From: Desulfocapsa sulfexigens DSM 10523
Lineage (GTDB): Bacteria; Desulfobacterota; Desulfobulbia; Desulfobulbales; Desulfocapsaceae
DNA: 32,000 nucleotides
Reading direction: 5' to 3'
Assembly (NCBI RefSeq): GCF_000341395.1
Contig: NC_020304.1
Span: 390,001-422,000 of the forward strand
The notes below the pieces were generated by a model, which saw only the letters and a program-made list of their open reading frames with translations, did not search any database and was not told where the DNA came from. Made by a program: the position numbers and the translations under genes. Below, in pieces: positions 16,055 to 25,428 of the stretch (position 1 is its first letter; every line of letters starts with the position of its first letter).

Positions 16055-17398
16055 ATGGAACTCTTAAAAGAACGAGAAGAACAGATTCATCGAACAGGTG
16101 AACAACCTTTCACTCTGACATGTAATAAAGACTCTCTGGCTGGAGCTGTGAGTCAACGGGCCTGTGTGTTCTGTGGCTCACGGGTGGTGCTTTATCCCAT
16201 CGCCGATGCCCTGCATCTGGTTCACGGTCCAATCGGCTGTGCTGTTTATACCTGGGACATCCGGGGAGCGCTGTCTTCGGGTCCCGAACTGCATCGTCTT
16301 TCATTTTCAACGGATCTTCAGGAAATAGATGTCATCTTCGGAGGCGAAAAGAAACTGACAAACGCCCTCTTTGAACTCATCGAACGCCATAGTCCCAAGG
16401 CCGCTTTTGTCTATTCCACCTGTATTGTTGGAATCATTGGCGATGATCTCGAAGCTGTGTGCAGAAATGTGCAAAAAGAGGTGAACATCCCGGTAATCCC
16501 TGTGAAATCAGAAGGCTTCAAGGGAAACAAACGTGCAGGCTACACCGCTGCCTGCAATGCCATGGCTCGTCTTATCGGTACCGGCGATACCACGGGAATA
16601 TCTCCCTACTCCATTAATATTCTGGGTGATTTCAATCTGGCGGGTGAGATCTGGATGATCCGTGAATATTTCGAACGTATAGGGGTTGAGGTGGTGGCCA
16701 ATATCACCGGAGATGGACGAATAGCGGATATTCAGCGTGCCCATGGTGCCGCCCTCAATGTTGTGCAGTGTTCCGGATCAACTATGGATCTGGCCAAAGT
16801 GATGGAGGATGAATATGGGATTCCTTCCATGCGGGTATCCTATTTCGGTGTCGAAGATATGGCCCAGGCCCTCTATGACGTGGCCGGACATTTCAACAAC
16901 CCGGAAATCATGGCGAAAACACAAGCGCTTGTAAAAGAAGAACTGCAGGAACTGCTGCCAAAACTTGAGTTTTACAAAAAAGCATTGACCGGCAAAAAAG
17001 CAGCTATCTATGTGGGTGGCTCTTTCAAGGCTTTTTCTCTGGTCAAGGCTTTTCGTCTGCTGGGTATGGATGTGGTCATGGTGGGCAGCCAGACAGGTAC
17101 CGAACAGGAGTATCGTGAACTCGCCGAAATCACTGACCCTGGCACCATCATTGTTGACGACACCAACCCCCTTGAACTTACCAGTTTTCTAGAAGAAAAA
17201 ACTGTGGATATCTTCGTCGGCGGAGTCAAGGAACGCCCCATTGCCTACAAACTCGGCGTTGGTTTTTGTGATCATAACCACGAACGTAAAGAGGCCCTGG
17301 CTGGATTTGTCGGGATGCTCAATTTTGCCGAAGAAGTGTACTCCTCTGTGATGAGTCCGGTCTGGCGCTTCACCTACCAGAAAGCAGAGAAAAAATAA
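16055..17398 (+). CDS. nifE: Nitrogenase FeMo-cofactor biosynthesis scaffold NifE
   Basis: 447 aa, NifD-like without the insertion. Motifs HGPIGCAVYTWD, STCIVGIIGDD, VVQCSGS and FCDHNHER are present. It directly precedes nifN. Confidence 0.93.
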   Translation: MELLKEREEQIHRTGEQPFTLTCNKDSLAGAVSQRACVFCGSRVVLYPIADALHLVHGPIGCAVYTWDIRGALSSGPELHRLSFSTDLQEIDVIFGGEKKLTNALFELIERHSPKAAFVYSTCIVGIIGDDLEAVCRNVQKEVNIPVIPVKSEGFKGNKRAGYTAACNAMARLIGTGDTTGISPYSINILGDFNLAGEIWMIREYFERIGVEVVANITGDGRIADIQRAHGAALNVVQCSGSTMDLAKVMEDEYGIPSMRVSYFGVEDMAQALYDVAGHFNNPEIMAKTQALVKEELQELLPKLEFYKKALTGKKAAIYVGGSFKAFSLVKAFRLLGMDVVMVGSQTGTEQEYRELAEITDPGTIIVDDTNPLELTSFLEEKTVDIFVGGVKERPIAYKLGVGFCDHNHERKEALAGFVGMLNFAEEVYSSVMSPVWRFTYQKAEKK

Positions 17399-17451
17399 CA
17401 CTGAGCAGGAAAGCACTGTCTCATTAAACAGTTGTATAAATGAGGGACATT

Positions 17452-18813
17452 ATGTCTAAAAATCCTCCCAATTACATTTCAACCACCAATGCCTGTAAAC
17501 TTTGCACTCCTTTAGGCGCAGCAATTGCCTTTAAAGGGATTGAAGGTGCGGTTCCCTACCTCCATGGTTCCCAGGGCTGTGCCACCTATATGCGGCGCTA
17601 TATCATCAGCCATTTTAACGAGCCCATCGATATTGCTTCGTCTTCACTTTCGGAAAAGCATGCAGTCTATGGCGGAGGTGCTAACCTCAAGCTTGGTTTG
17701 ATAAATGTCACAAAAAAATATCGTCCCCAGCTTATCGGAATTGCCACCACCTGTCTCACCGAGACCATAGGCGACGATGTAAAGATGTTTCTCAACCAGT
17801 ATGAGCAGGAAGTGAAAGGTGAAAAACCGACCATGGTTGAAGTGGGTACTCCGAGTTACAACGGCACTCACATGGAAGGCTTTCATAATGCTGTGGCTTC
17901 TGTGGTCGACGCGCTTGCTGGGAAAAAAGACGGCGGAGCCGAAGGAACTCCAGTGAATATTTTACCAGGATTTGTCTCTCCTGCGGATATCCGTTACCTG
18001 AAGGAAATCACAGAAGATTTTTCCCTTAACCCCACGATTTTGCCGGACATCTCGGACACCATGGATGGCCAGGCCGCCAAGACCTACGAAAAGATACAAC
18101 CAGGTGGAACTCCGATTTCAGCCATAGCTACCATGGGCAATGCCCTGGCCAGCGTGGAATTTGGTCACACCATGAGCGAGAAGAGCGGTGGTGCTATTCT
18201 TGCTGAAAAGTTTGCTGTGGAAAATATCAGAATATCTCAGCCCGTGGGGATTCGTGCTTCGGATCGTTTTTTTGATCACCTGGTAAAACTCTCCGGTTTG
18301 CCAATTCCTGAGAAACATCGGGCAGAGCGTGGTCGTCTAGTGGATTCCTATGTAGATGGGCACAAATATATCTACGGTAAGAAAGCCATAGTTTACGGAG
18401 AAGAAGACATGGTCGTCGGGCTTACAGCCTTTCTGGCCGAGATAGGCGTAATTCCCATACTTTGTGCCTCTGGTGGAAAGAGCAGGAAATTTGCCGAGAA
18501 AATCGCTGAAGCCACCGGGGATCTGCTGCCCGAACAGCCCCAGGTCCATGAAGGCATGGACTTCTATGACATCAGTGAGCTTGCCGAAAGCTTAGAGCCT
18601 GATCTTCTGGTGGGACATTCCAAGGGATATCCTCTGGCCCAGAAACTTTCCATACCACTTATAAGGGTGGGTTTTCCAATCCACGATCGCATGGGCGGGC
18701 AACGTATCCTTCACCTCGGTTACCGGGGGGCACAACAACTGTTCGATCTGATAGTGAACGCCTGCATTGCTAAAAAACAGAGCGATTCACCGATCGGTTA
18801 TTCGTACATGTGA
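17452..18813 (+). CDS. nifN: Nitrogenase FeMo-cofactor biosynthesis scaffold NifN
   Basis: NifK-like: LGAAIAFKGIEGAVPYLHGSQGCATYMRR, TTCLTETIGDD. ATG 17452 follows GAGGGA. ATG 17440 is an alternative start 4 codons upstream. Confidence 0.9.
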   Translation: MSKNPPNYISTTNACKLCTPLGAAIAFKGIEGAVPYLHGSQGCATYMRRYIISHFNEPIDIASSSLSEKHAVYGGGANLKLGLINVTKKYRPQLIGIATTCLTETIGDDVKMFLNQYEQEVKGEKPTMVEVGTPSYNGTHMEGFHNAVASVVDALAGKKDGGAEGTPVNILPGFVSPADIRYLKEITEDFSLNPTILPDISDTMDGQAAKTYEKIQPGGTPISAIATMGNALASVEFGHTMSEKSGGAILAEKFAVENIRISQPVGIRASDRFFDHLVKLSGLPIPEKHRAERGRLVDSYVDGHKYIYGKKAIVYGEEDMVVGLTAFLAEIGVIPILCASGGKSRKFAEKIAEATGDLLPEQPQVHEGMDFYDISELAESLEPDLLVGHSKGYPLAQKLSIPLIRVGFPIHDRMGGQRILHLGYRGAQQLFDLIVNACIAKKQSDSPIGYSYM

Positions 18814-18881
18814 CTTTAATGGCTGGAGGCCTGAGCCCTGCAGTCATAGAGATATTAGTAGTTATAAAAAAGGAGATTCAA

Positions 18882-20165
18882 ATGAAGACAACCGCTTCCA
18901 CCCCTGATTATTCCCGCCATCCATGCTTTAATGCTGAGGTCAAAGGAAAATTTGGCCGAGTGCATCTTCCCGTGGCACCAAAGTGCAATATTCAGTGTAA
19001 TTATTGTAACCGCAAGTATGACTGTGTAAACGAATCCCGGCCAGGTGTCACTTCCACCATTCTGTCACCGGAACAGGCTCTTGTCTACATGGATAAGGTC
19101 CTGACTGCTGAACCCCGCATCAGTGTCGCAGGTATTGCAGGTCCCGGCGATCCATTTGCCAATGCCAATGAGACCCTTGGCACCATGCAGCTTTTACGGA
19201 GACACTATCCGGATCTCATCCTCTGCCTCTCCAGCAATGGTTTGGGTTTGACTCCTCATGTGGATGAGGTTGCCGATATCGGTGTTTCCCATGTCACCGT
19301 GACAGTGAATGGCATCGATCCGGAAGTGACAAAGAATATATACAGCTTTGTCCGCGATGGGAAAATCATCTATCGCGGCTTGCAAGCTGCTGAACTTCTT
19401 CTAGCCAGACAGATGGCAGCTATTGAAAAGCTGAAATCCCGCGGTGTAACCGTAAAAATCAATTTTATCACCATTCCCGGAATCAATGATCATCACGCTG
19501 AAGCCACAGCAGAAACCATGGCAAAAATGGGGGTAGATCTTTTTAACTGCATGGCCATGCTCCCCAATGCAGATACACCTTTTGCAGATGTGGTGGAACC
19601 AACCAAGGCCACTATGAATGCACTGAGGAACGGCTGTGAGAGACATCTTCCTCAGATGCGCCACTGTAAGCGGTGCCGTGCTGATGCTGTTGGTTTACTT
19701 GGGAATGACAGATCAGGTGAAATGGCTGGCTGCCTCAATGCCTGTGCCACCATGCCCGCCACTCCTCCAAAGGTACGACCTTACGTCGCAGTGGCCAGCA
19801 TGGAAGGAATGCTTGTCAATCAGCACCTCGGTGAAACAACCAAGTTTCTTATCTATGGAAAAGAAGATAACGGCTATACACTCGTCGAGGAACGCAAGGC
19901 TCCACCCGTTGGTGGAGGGATTGGGCGCTGGGAGGCACTTACCAGATTACTCTATGATTGTCGGGCCGTTATTGTCAGTGACATGGGAGAATCTCCCAGG
20001 GAAGTCTTTAAGAGGGCTGGCATCGATCCTATTACCATGTCCGGTTTTATTGAAGCGGGACTGGAGGCTGTTTATACGGGAAAAAATTTAGCTCCCTTGA
20101 AAAGAAGGGCCAAGAAAAGTTGTGGCAGCGGTGCTTGTCTAGGTACTGGCACCGGCTGTGGTTGA
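18882..20165 (+). CDS. nifB: Radical SAM FeMo-cofactor biosynthesis protein NifB (radical SAM + NifX-like domain)
   Basis: Contains HPCFN...HLPVAPKCNIQCNYCNRKYDC (CX3CX2C), GPGDPFAN, SSNGL, HCKRCRADAVG and a C-terminal NifX-like domain. ATG 18882 is preceded by AAAAGGAG. The ORF-track start at 18810 overlaps nifN and lacks an RBS. Confidence 0.93.
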   Translation: MKTTASTPDYSRHPCFNAEVKGKFGRVHLPVAPKCNIQCNYCNRKYDCVNESRPGVTSTILSPEQALVYMDKVLTAEPRISVAGIAGPGDPFANANETLGTMQLLRRHYPDLILCLSSNGLGLTPHVDEVADIGVSHVTVTVNGIDPEVTKNIYSFVRDGKIIYRGLQAAELLLARQMAAIEKLKSRGVTVKINFITIPGINDHHAEATAETMAKMGVDLFNCMAMLPNADTPFADVVEPTKATMNALRNGCERHLPQMRHCKRCRADAVGLLGNDRSGEMAGCLNACATMPATPPKVRPYVAVASMEGMLVNQHLGETTKFLIYGKEDNGYTLVEERKAPPVGGGIGRWEALTRLLYDCRAVIVSDMGESPREVFKRAGIDPITMSGFIEAGLEAVYTGKNLAPLKRRAKKSCGSGACLGTGTGCG

Positions 20166-20192
20166 GTACCATTTGTATCGGACTAAAGAACA

Positions 20193-20232
20193 TGAGGGGA
20201 GAGGGCTGACCACTCTCCTCAGTTCTTTTTTT
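20193..20232 (+). terminator. Intrinsic terminator after nifB
   Basis: GC-rich stem TGAGG(G)GAGAG / CTCTCCTCA with a 9-nt loop, followed by GTTCTTTTTTT. Confidence 0.6.
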
Positions 20233-20322
20233 AACCTGATTACCATCGAAACTCAGCTTTGCAACCCGAAACAACTCCTCCTCAGGCGGTTAGGCTGAGG
20301 ATCAGTGGTAATCAGGTTTTTT
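20233..20322. repeat. Long inverted-repeat element (13-bp arms, inner 7-bp hairpin, 3' T-tract) containing copy 2 of the 34-nt repeat
   Basis: The arms AACCTGATTACCA (20233-20245) and TGGTAATCAGGTT (20306-20318) are perfect reverse complements. An inner hairpin is formed by TCCTCAG / CTGAGGA, and TTTT follows the right arm. Positions 20234-20267 are identical to 12288-12321. Confidence 0.6.
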
Positions 20323-20410
20323 AATGTTGCCTCATGTACGATTACCCGGAAAAAGAGGAAACAAAAGCTTACATTTCTCCCCCCCAAAAGAACTGCATAA
20401 AACCTGGATT

Positions 20411-20974
20411 CTACGCCAGTAGCGTATGCTCCAGCAGTATTTTACACCCAATAGTAATCAGGACAAGACCGCCTGCCAGCTCAACCTTCTCTTCAAAGAT
20501 ATGTCCCAGAGATGCTCCAATGTGGGCTCCCGCCAGGGAAAAAAGAAAGGTAACACATCCGATGATAAGTATCGGTTCAACGATGGCAATATCAAGAAAG
20601 GAAAATGTAAAGCCGACCACCAGGGCATCAATACTTGTTGCGATTGACAACGAAACAAGAATATAGAGTTTAAGAGGATTGGCCGTATTCTCCCCTTCTT
20701 TCAGAATGCGGGACTCATAAATCATCTTTCCTCCAATGAGGCACAGAAGAACGAAGGCAATCCAGTGATCCAGGGCGCGAAAGCTGTCATTGGCAATACT
20801 GCCAATGCTCCAGCCAACCAGTGGCATAAGCGCCTGAAAAAAGCTGAAAAAAAGAGCGATGCGCATGGCGTGGTGAAATCGCATCTTGTCAATTATCGCG
20901 CCACTGCTGACCGACACTGCAAAGGAATCAGCAGCAAGTCCTGCTGCAATAAAAACAATCTCAGCCAGATTCAT
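20411..20974 (-). CDS. mntP: Manganese efflux pump MntP family
   Basis: 187 aa polytopic membrane protein. The N-terminus IAAGLAADSFAVSVSSG and a duplicated DUF204-like half (SLSIATSIDALVVGFTFS) are typical of MntP. Confidence 0.75.
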   Translation of the reverse strand: MNLAEIVFIAAGLAADSFAVSVSSGAIIDKMRFHHAMRIALFFSFFQALMPLVGWSIGSIANDSFRALDHWIAFVLLCLIGGKMIYESRILKEGENTANPLKLYILVSLSIATSIDALVVGFTFSFLDIAIVEPILIIGCVTFLFSLAGAHIGASLGHIFEEKVELAGGLVLITIGCKILLEHTLLA

Positions 20975-21018
20975 ATCTTCCTATCCCACATTTCTAATAG
21001 GCCAATGAGAAAAATATT

Positions 21019-21465
21019 TCACCCCAAACTCCCGACGGTAACGGCAGCAATAAAGGCATAACGGGCAAACTTTCCAATAAAGACGAGTACTGCAAAGAGA
21101 AAGAAGTTACATCGCAGGGAACCGGCGACCAGACAGAGTGGATCACCAATTATCGGAACCCAGGAGAGCAGGAGTGCCCAGGAACCATACCTGCGAAAGA
21201 ACGCAGCAGCCCTTTCAGTCTGCTCCATATTCACCCGTAGAACCTTCTGCAGCAAGAAAGCCGAACCCCATATACCGACCCCATAGGTAGTACAAGCCCC
21301 GAGGAAATTTCCTACCGTGGCAACCGTCACCGCACTGCCCGGATCAAAAAGCTTGAGGATCAGAGCAACCAGCAGCCACTCGGAGCCCAGGGGCAGAACC
21401 GTGGCAGCAAGAAAACTCAGGACAAAAAGGGCCGGAAGGCCATTATTAAGGAGAAACAATTCCAT
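21019..21465 (-). CDS. YqaA/DedA-like small membrane protein
   Basis: 148 aa with 4 predicted TM segments. FLAATVLPLGSEWLLVALI ... RYGSWALLLSWVPIIGDPLCLVAG matches the YqaA (SNARE-associated/DedA-like) pattern. Confidence 0.65.
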   Translation of the reverse strand: MELFLLNNGLPALFVLSFLAATVLPLGSEWLLVALILKLFDPGSAVTVATVGNFLGACTTYGVGIWGSAFLLQKVLRVNMEQTERAAAFFRRYGSWALLLSWVPIIGDPLCLVAGSLRCNFFLFAVLVFIGKFARYAFIAAVTVGSLG

Positions 21466-21479
21466 TTCAGCCCCTTCTC

Positions 21480-22190
21480 TTACTTCTTCGCCTGCTGTGA
21501 CAGTTCCCCAATGGCCTGTTTCACAAAGGGATATACTGTTTCTGCAATTATTGCATGTCCCTTCTCATTGGGATGAATGGTGTCAGCCTGATTGAGAGCA
21601 GCTTCACCGGCAACCTGCTGCAGGAAAAAGGGTATCAGGAGACACCCCTGTTCATGAGCAACGGATGGATAGATCTCAGCAAACTCTCTGGTATAGTCCG
21701 CACCAAGGTTCTGAACGATCTGCATGCCGGCAAGCAGTACGGTAATATCAGCTTCCTGGAGGATCTGCACGGCCTTACTGATATTCTGCCGCACCACAAC
21801 GGGAGGAATACCTCGAAAGCCGTCATTGGCACCCGTTTCCAAAATAACAATTTCAGGTTTCTGAGCGACGATCCATTGCATCCGCGAGAGGGCACCGCTG
21901 CTTGTCTCACCACTGATCCCTGCATTGATCACCTGCCAGTGATATCCACCCCTGTGAAGTTTTTTCTCCATGATAGCAGGCCATGCATCCTCTTCCATCA
22001 CCCCCAGTCCTGCTGTAAGACTGTCACCAACAGCAATGATAGTGCCCTTATAGCGGACAACAACAGCTGGCTTCCCGGTGTCCGTTGGATTTTCCTGCTG
22101 ATCGCAACCAAGGAGGAGAAAAACACAAAACAGCCAGAAAATCATTCCGAAAATATTCCCGGCTTTGTACTTTAGTCTTATTTTCTTCAT
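21480..22190 (-). CDS. SGNH/GDSL hydrolase, TesA-like arylesterase/lysophospholipase; predicted lipoprotein
   Basis: SGNH blocks are present: IIAVGDSLTAG, NAGISGETS, LETGANDGFRG, DTIHPNEKGH. The N-terminal signal carries the lipobox LLLGC. Confidence 0.8.
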   Translation of the reverse strand: MKKIRLKYKAGNIFGMIFWLFCVFLLLGCDQQENPTDTGKPAVVVRYKGTIIAVGDSLTAGLGVMEEDAWPAIMEKKLHRGGYHWQVINAGISGETSSGALSRMQWIVAQKPEIVILETGANDGFRGIPPVVVRQNISKAVQILQEADITVLLAGMQIVQNLGADYTREFAEIYPSVAHEQGCLLIPFFLQQVAGEAALNQADTIHPNEKGHAIIAETVYPFVKQAIGELSQQAKK

Positions 22191-22193
22191 CGC

Positions 22194-24725
22194 TTACTCT
22201 TCCTTCTCGTCTCGAAGATAGGCAATCGGTTTCTGCTGTATAATTGAAACAGAGGCTCCAAGACCCACCGCAATAACCAGCACAAGGGTCGCTGTAATCA
22301 TAAACAGGGTGCTGCCTGGTAAGAACTGGTAGCTAATGTCAAGAACCCGGCGGCAGATAAACCAGCTACCGACATGAGAAATCAGAGCTGCAAGCAGGGC
22401 ACTTAGCAGTGCAATAATCAGATTTTCATAGCTGAACACCCTGAGGACAAAGGATCCCTTCGCACCTAGAATCTTAAAATAAACAGCCTCACGAATCCTG
22501 GTGAGACGGGTTGCGAAAATGGAGCTTATAAGGATCAGTACTCCGGCAACAATTGAAAATGAAGTAAAAAACTGAATAATAGATGACATTTTATGCATTA
22601 TTCCACCAAGAAGTTTCACCGTGGAGCCAATATCAATAACGCTGATATTGGGTAATCTGCCAGCAAGGGTATTCTGCAACGTGCTCAGCACATCCTGCTC
22701 TATTCTGACAGCAGAGAAGATGGTCTGGGGAGCATCCTTAAGAGATCCGTCCGGAAAGACAAAGTAGAAAAATGGTCGCACCTTTGACTCGGTTCGAGTC
22801 CGCATACTTGTAACCCGCGCTTTCAAAGGAATACCCTGCACCCTGAAATGCAGCAGATCGCCAATCCGAATATTTCCATTCCTGGCAACGGTATCCAGCA
22901 CAGAAACGGGCAACTCTCCACGTGCCGACAGTTCATTCACTGCAGTACCAAAAAGGCTTTTCCCCTCAAACAGCTGCTCGTCCTGAAGGAGTACGTTACG
23001 ATAGGTGAGATTAAATTCACGACTCATGCTGTCCCCCCGTTTTCGTTCCCTGTCCTTCTCTCTATTGATGGCCTGATCATTGATGGCAGCAAGCCTGGCC
23101 CTGATGATCGGAAAATACTCTGCCTCTCTTCCAAGGATTTCAGCAAACTCGTTTTTCTGCTCTGACTGGATATCCAGAAAATAAGCATTGGGCAGATCAG
23201 CAGGATAAGAATCTATAAATGTGGCCCTGAGATTCTGATCGATCAGGTATATGGAAAAGATAACGGCAAGCGAAGTACTGAGGGTAACAACAAGGGCCCG
23301 GGTTGCGTTGTTTGGTCTGAACAAACCGCGCAGGGCCTGGCGGAGTGACAGCGATCGCGGTCTGCTCTTCTTCATACAAAAGAGCAGACCCTGTGTAAAG
23401 AGAGATGCCAGGCCAATAAGGATACAGATCCCCATGATGAAATACAAACCGATCTTCACCTCCTCAAGCTGCCAGATAACCAGCCCTGCAAAGAAGACAA
23501 CAATCAATGCGATTATGCTGTAGTGAAGGATTCCACGCCCTCCCCTGTCAATCTCCCTGCGAAAGATATAGGCAGGTTTTAAATTTCTGAGACGCAGCAG
23601 GGGAAGAAGGGAAAACAGGGTCACAACAACCATCCCGAGGGCAAGGCCCTCAAGGACAGCACTCCAGGAAATCGTCAGACTGACGCTGGCCGGCAGTATG
23701 CCTCCAAAGAGAATGGGGAAGTAAAGTTGCAGCAGGGAGCTCAGGGTAAGGCCCACAAGCGTCCCCGCTGTGCCGAGCAGCATAACCATGGCCGTAAAGT
23801 GGCTGATAATAAAGCGGTTTGTTGCACCAACTGACTTCATTATTGCAATGGTATACTCACTGTCACGAAACACTGCATACAGTGATGTCTGGATACCTAT
23901 ACCGGCCAACACCAAAGTAAAGAGGCCGACAAGGTTGAGGAAGAAGAGGAGGTTGCTGAAAAAACGCTTAATTCGTGAATTATCGGTCTTGAAGGTTGTA
24001 ACGCTTTCCTGGGGAACAAGCGCTTTTTCTGTAAATTCCCCAACAAGCTTCTCAACCCGAGCAGCATCAGCCACTTTCAGCAGATACTTGAACTGTATTC
24101 TGCTGCCTTTTTTGATAAGATCAAGCTTTTCCAGGTCGGCAGCGGCTATAAAGATCCGCGGTCCAAAGGAAAAAAAAGAAACCGGTCGGTCCGGCTCATG
24201 GGTGATCACATCAGCAATCTTGAGCGTGGCGGAACCTATCTGGAGACTCTCTCCGATTTCCACCTGGAGACGATCCAGGAGCAGCTGTTCGACGATGATT
24301 AATCCTTCACGGAGCACCGTTGAAAACTCCCGCCCCGAGAGCAGTTCCACCCTGCCATAAAAGGGGTATCCCTTTTCAACCACCTTCAGGCCACTGAGAA
24401 CAGATTTTTCTGATCGTTGACTGCTGGCCATACTGTAAAAGGTGTTCACCAGGGCAGCCTGCAGAACTCCCTGTTCCTCATAGTCGTCTACAGCATCAAG
24501 CAGTACTTTGGAAAGGGGATAATGGGACTCCAGCCTGATATCAGCCCCATGGAGTTGCCGGGCATCGTTGAGCATCGAGCGACGGACACTGCCACTGAAT
24601 CCTCCCAGCGAAGTCAGGATTAACAGGGACAGAGCAACACAGGCCACAAAGATAAGGGACTGTTTGCGAGAACTATTAATCTGCCTGAGAATGAAACGAA
24701 GATGCAGCATCAGCTCAGTCTTCAT
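22194..24725 (-). CDS. ABC transporter permease with duplicated FtsX domains (YbbP-like)
   Basis: 843 aa. Two FtsX/MacB-type 4-TM modules are each preceded by a large extracytoplasmic loop. It overlaps the upstream ATPase gene by 11 nt. Confidence 0.85.
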   Translation of the reverse strand: MKTELMLHLRFILRQINSSRKQSLIFVACVALSLLILTSLGGFSGSVRRSMLNDARQLHGADIRLESHYPLSKVLLDAVDDYEEQGVLQAALVNTFYSMASSQRSEKSVLSGLKVVEKGYPFYGRVELLSGREFSTVLREGLIIVEQLLLDRLQVEIGESLQIGSATLKIADVITHEPDRPVSFFSFGPRIFIAAADLEKLDLIKKGSRIQFKYLLKVADAARVEKLVGEFTEKALVPQESVTTFKTDNSRIKRFFSNLLFFLNLVGLFTLVLAGIGIQTSLYAVFRDSEYTIAIMKSVGATNRFIISHFTAMVMLLGTAGTLVGLTLSSLLQLYFPILFGGILPASVSLTISWSAVLEGLALGMVVVTLFSLLPLLRLRNLKPAYIFRREIDRGGRGILHYSIIALIVVFFAGLVIWQLEEVKIGLYFIMGICILIGLASLFTQGLLFCMKKSRPRSLSLRQALRGLFRPNNATRALVVTLSTSLAVIFSIYLIDQNLRATFIDSYPADLPNAYFLDIQSEQKNEFAEILGREAEYFPIIRARLAAINDQAINREKDRERKRGDSMSREFNLTYRNVLLQDEQLFEGKSLFGTAVNELSARGELPVSVLDTVARNGNIRIGDLLHFRVQGIPLKARVTSMRTRTESKVRPFFYFVFPDGSLKDAPQTIFSAVRIEQDVLSTLQNTLAGRLPNISVIDIGSTVKLLGGIMHKMSSIIQFFTSFSIVAGVLILISSIFATRLTRIREAVYFKILGAKGSFVLRVFSYENLIIALLSALLAALISHVGSWFICRRVLDISYQFLPGSTLFMITATLVLVIAVGLGASVSIIQQKPIAYLRDEKEE

Positions 24726-25428
24726 CCTCTTGAGAGTGGATCATCCTGCCATCTAGCAGCCGAAAGACATGATCCGCCTGGCGGCTTATCTCGCTACTGT
24801 GGGTAGCCAGCACCAGTGTCGTTTTGAACTCCCGGCGCAGTTCGAGCAGGAGTTCCATAATGTTTTTGCCATTTGCCGAATCCAGATTCCCGGTGGGTTC
24901 GTCGGCAAAGACGATCTGCGGCTTGTTGATCAAAGCCCGGCAGATAGCAATCCGCTGCTTTTCTCCTCCGGAAAGCTGGTGGGGGAAATTATTCTTTCTC
25001 TGGCTCAGTCCCACCCTATGCAGTAACTCTTCTGCCTTCTGAACAGCCTGCGGATCCCGGTTTAATTCGGCGGGGAAGGCAATATTCTCTATGGCAGTGA
25101 GGGAAGGAACAAGGTGGAAAGACTGGAAGACATAACCGATTGTCCGGTTCCGAAAGGGAGCAAGTGCATCCTCACTTAAATTGGTAATGTCGGTTCCCGA
25201 AAGACCTATTGTCCCCGAATCCGGTCTGTCCAGTCCTGAAAGAAGACTCAACAGCGTTGATTTCCCGCTGCCGCTTTTTCCTTCAACAACGACAAAACCG
25301 CCGATTTGAACGGTAAGGCTGACATCATCAAGGACAAGAATTTTCCTGGAGCCAACAATGTAGGACTTACACAGATGAAAAGCTTCGAGCCCTTTACTGG
25401 ACATAGTATTTTTCCCATTCCAATTCAT
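24715..25428 (-). CDS. ABC transporter ATP-binding protein (YbbA/LolD-like)
   Basis: Walker A GKSGSGKST, Q-loop, signature LSGGEKQR, Walker B IVFADEPTGNLD, and H-loop ATHS. Its ATG overlaps the GGDEF gene stop (ATGA). Confidence 0.9.
   Translation of the reverse strand: MNWNGKNTMSSKGLEAFHLCKSYIVGSRKILVLDDVSLTVQIGGFVVVEGKSGSGKSTLLSLLSGLDRPDSGTIGLSGTDITNLSEDALAPFRNRTIGYVFQSFHLVPSLTAIENIAFPAELNRDPQAVQKAEELLHRVGLSQRKNNFPHQLSGGEKQRIAICRALINKPQIVFADEPTGNLDSANGKNIMELLLELRREFKTTLVLATHSSEISRQADHVFRLLDGRMIHSQEDED

Noticed and set aside
18810-18881. Longer N-terminal extension of nifB overlapping the nifN stop
   Set aside because: ATG 18882 is preceded by AAAAGGAG, and the protein from that point starts close to the conserved HPCF motif. 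The extension has no homology signal.
20975-21018. Mn-sensing yybP-ykoY riboswitch upstream of mntP
   Set aside because: Only 44 nt separate mntP from the upstream yqaA-like gene, which is too short for that riboswitch. No conserved riboswitch core was recognisable.
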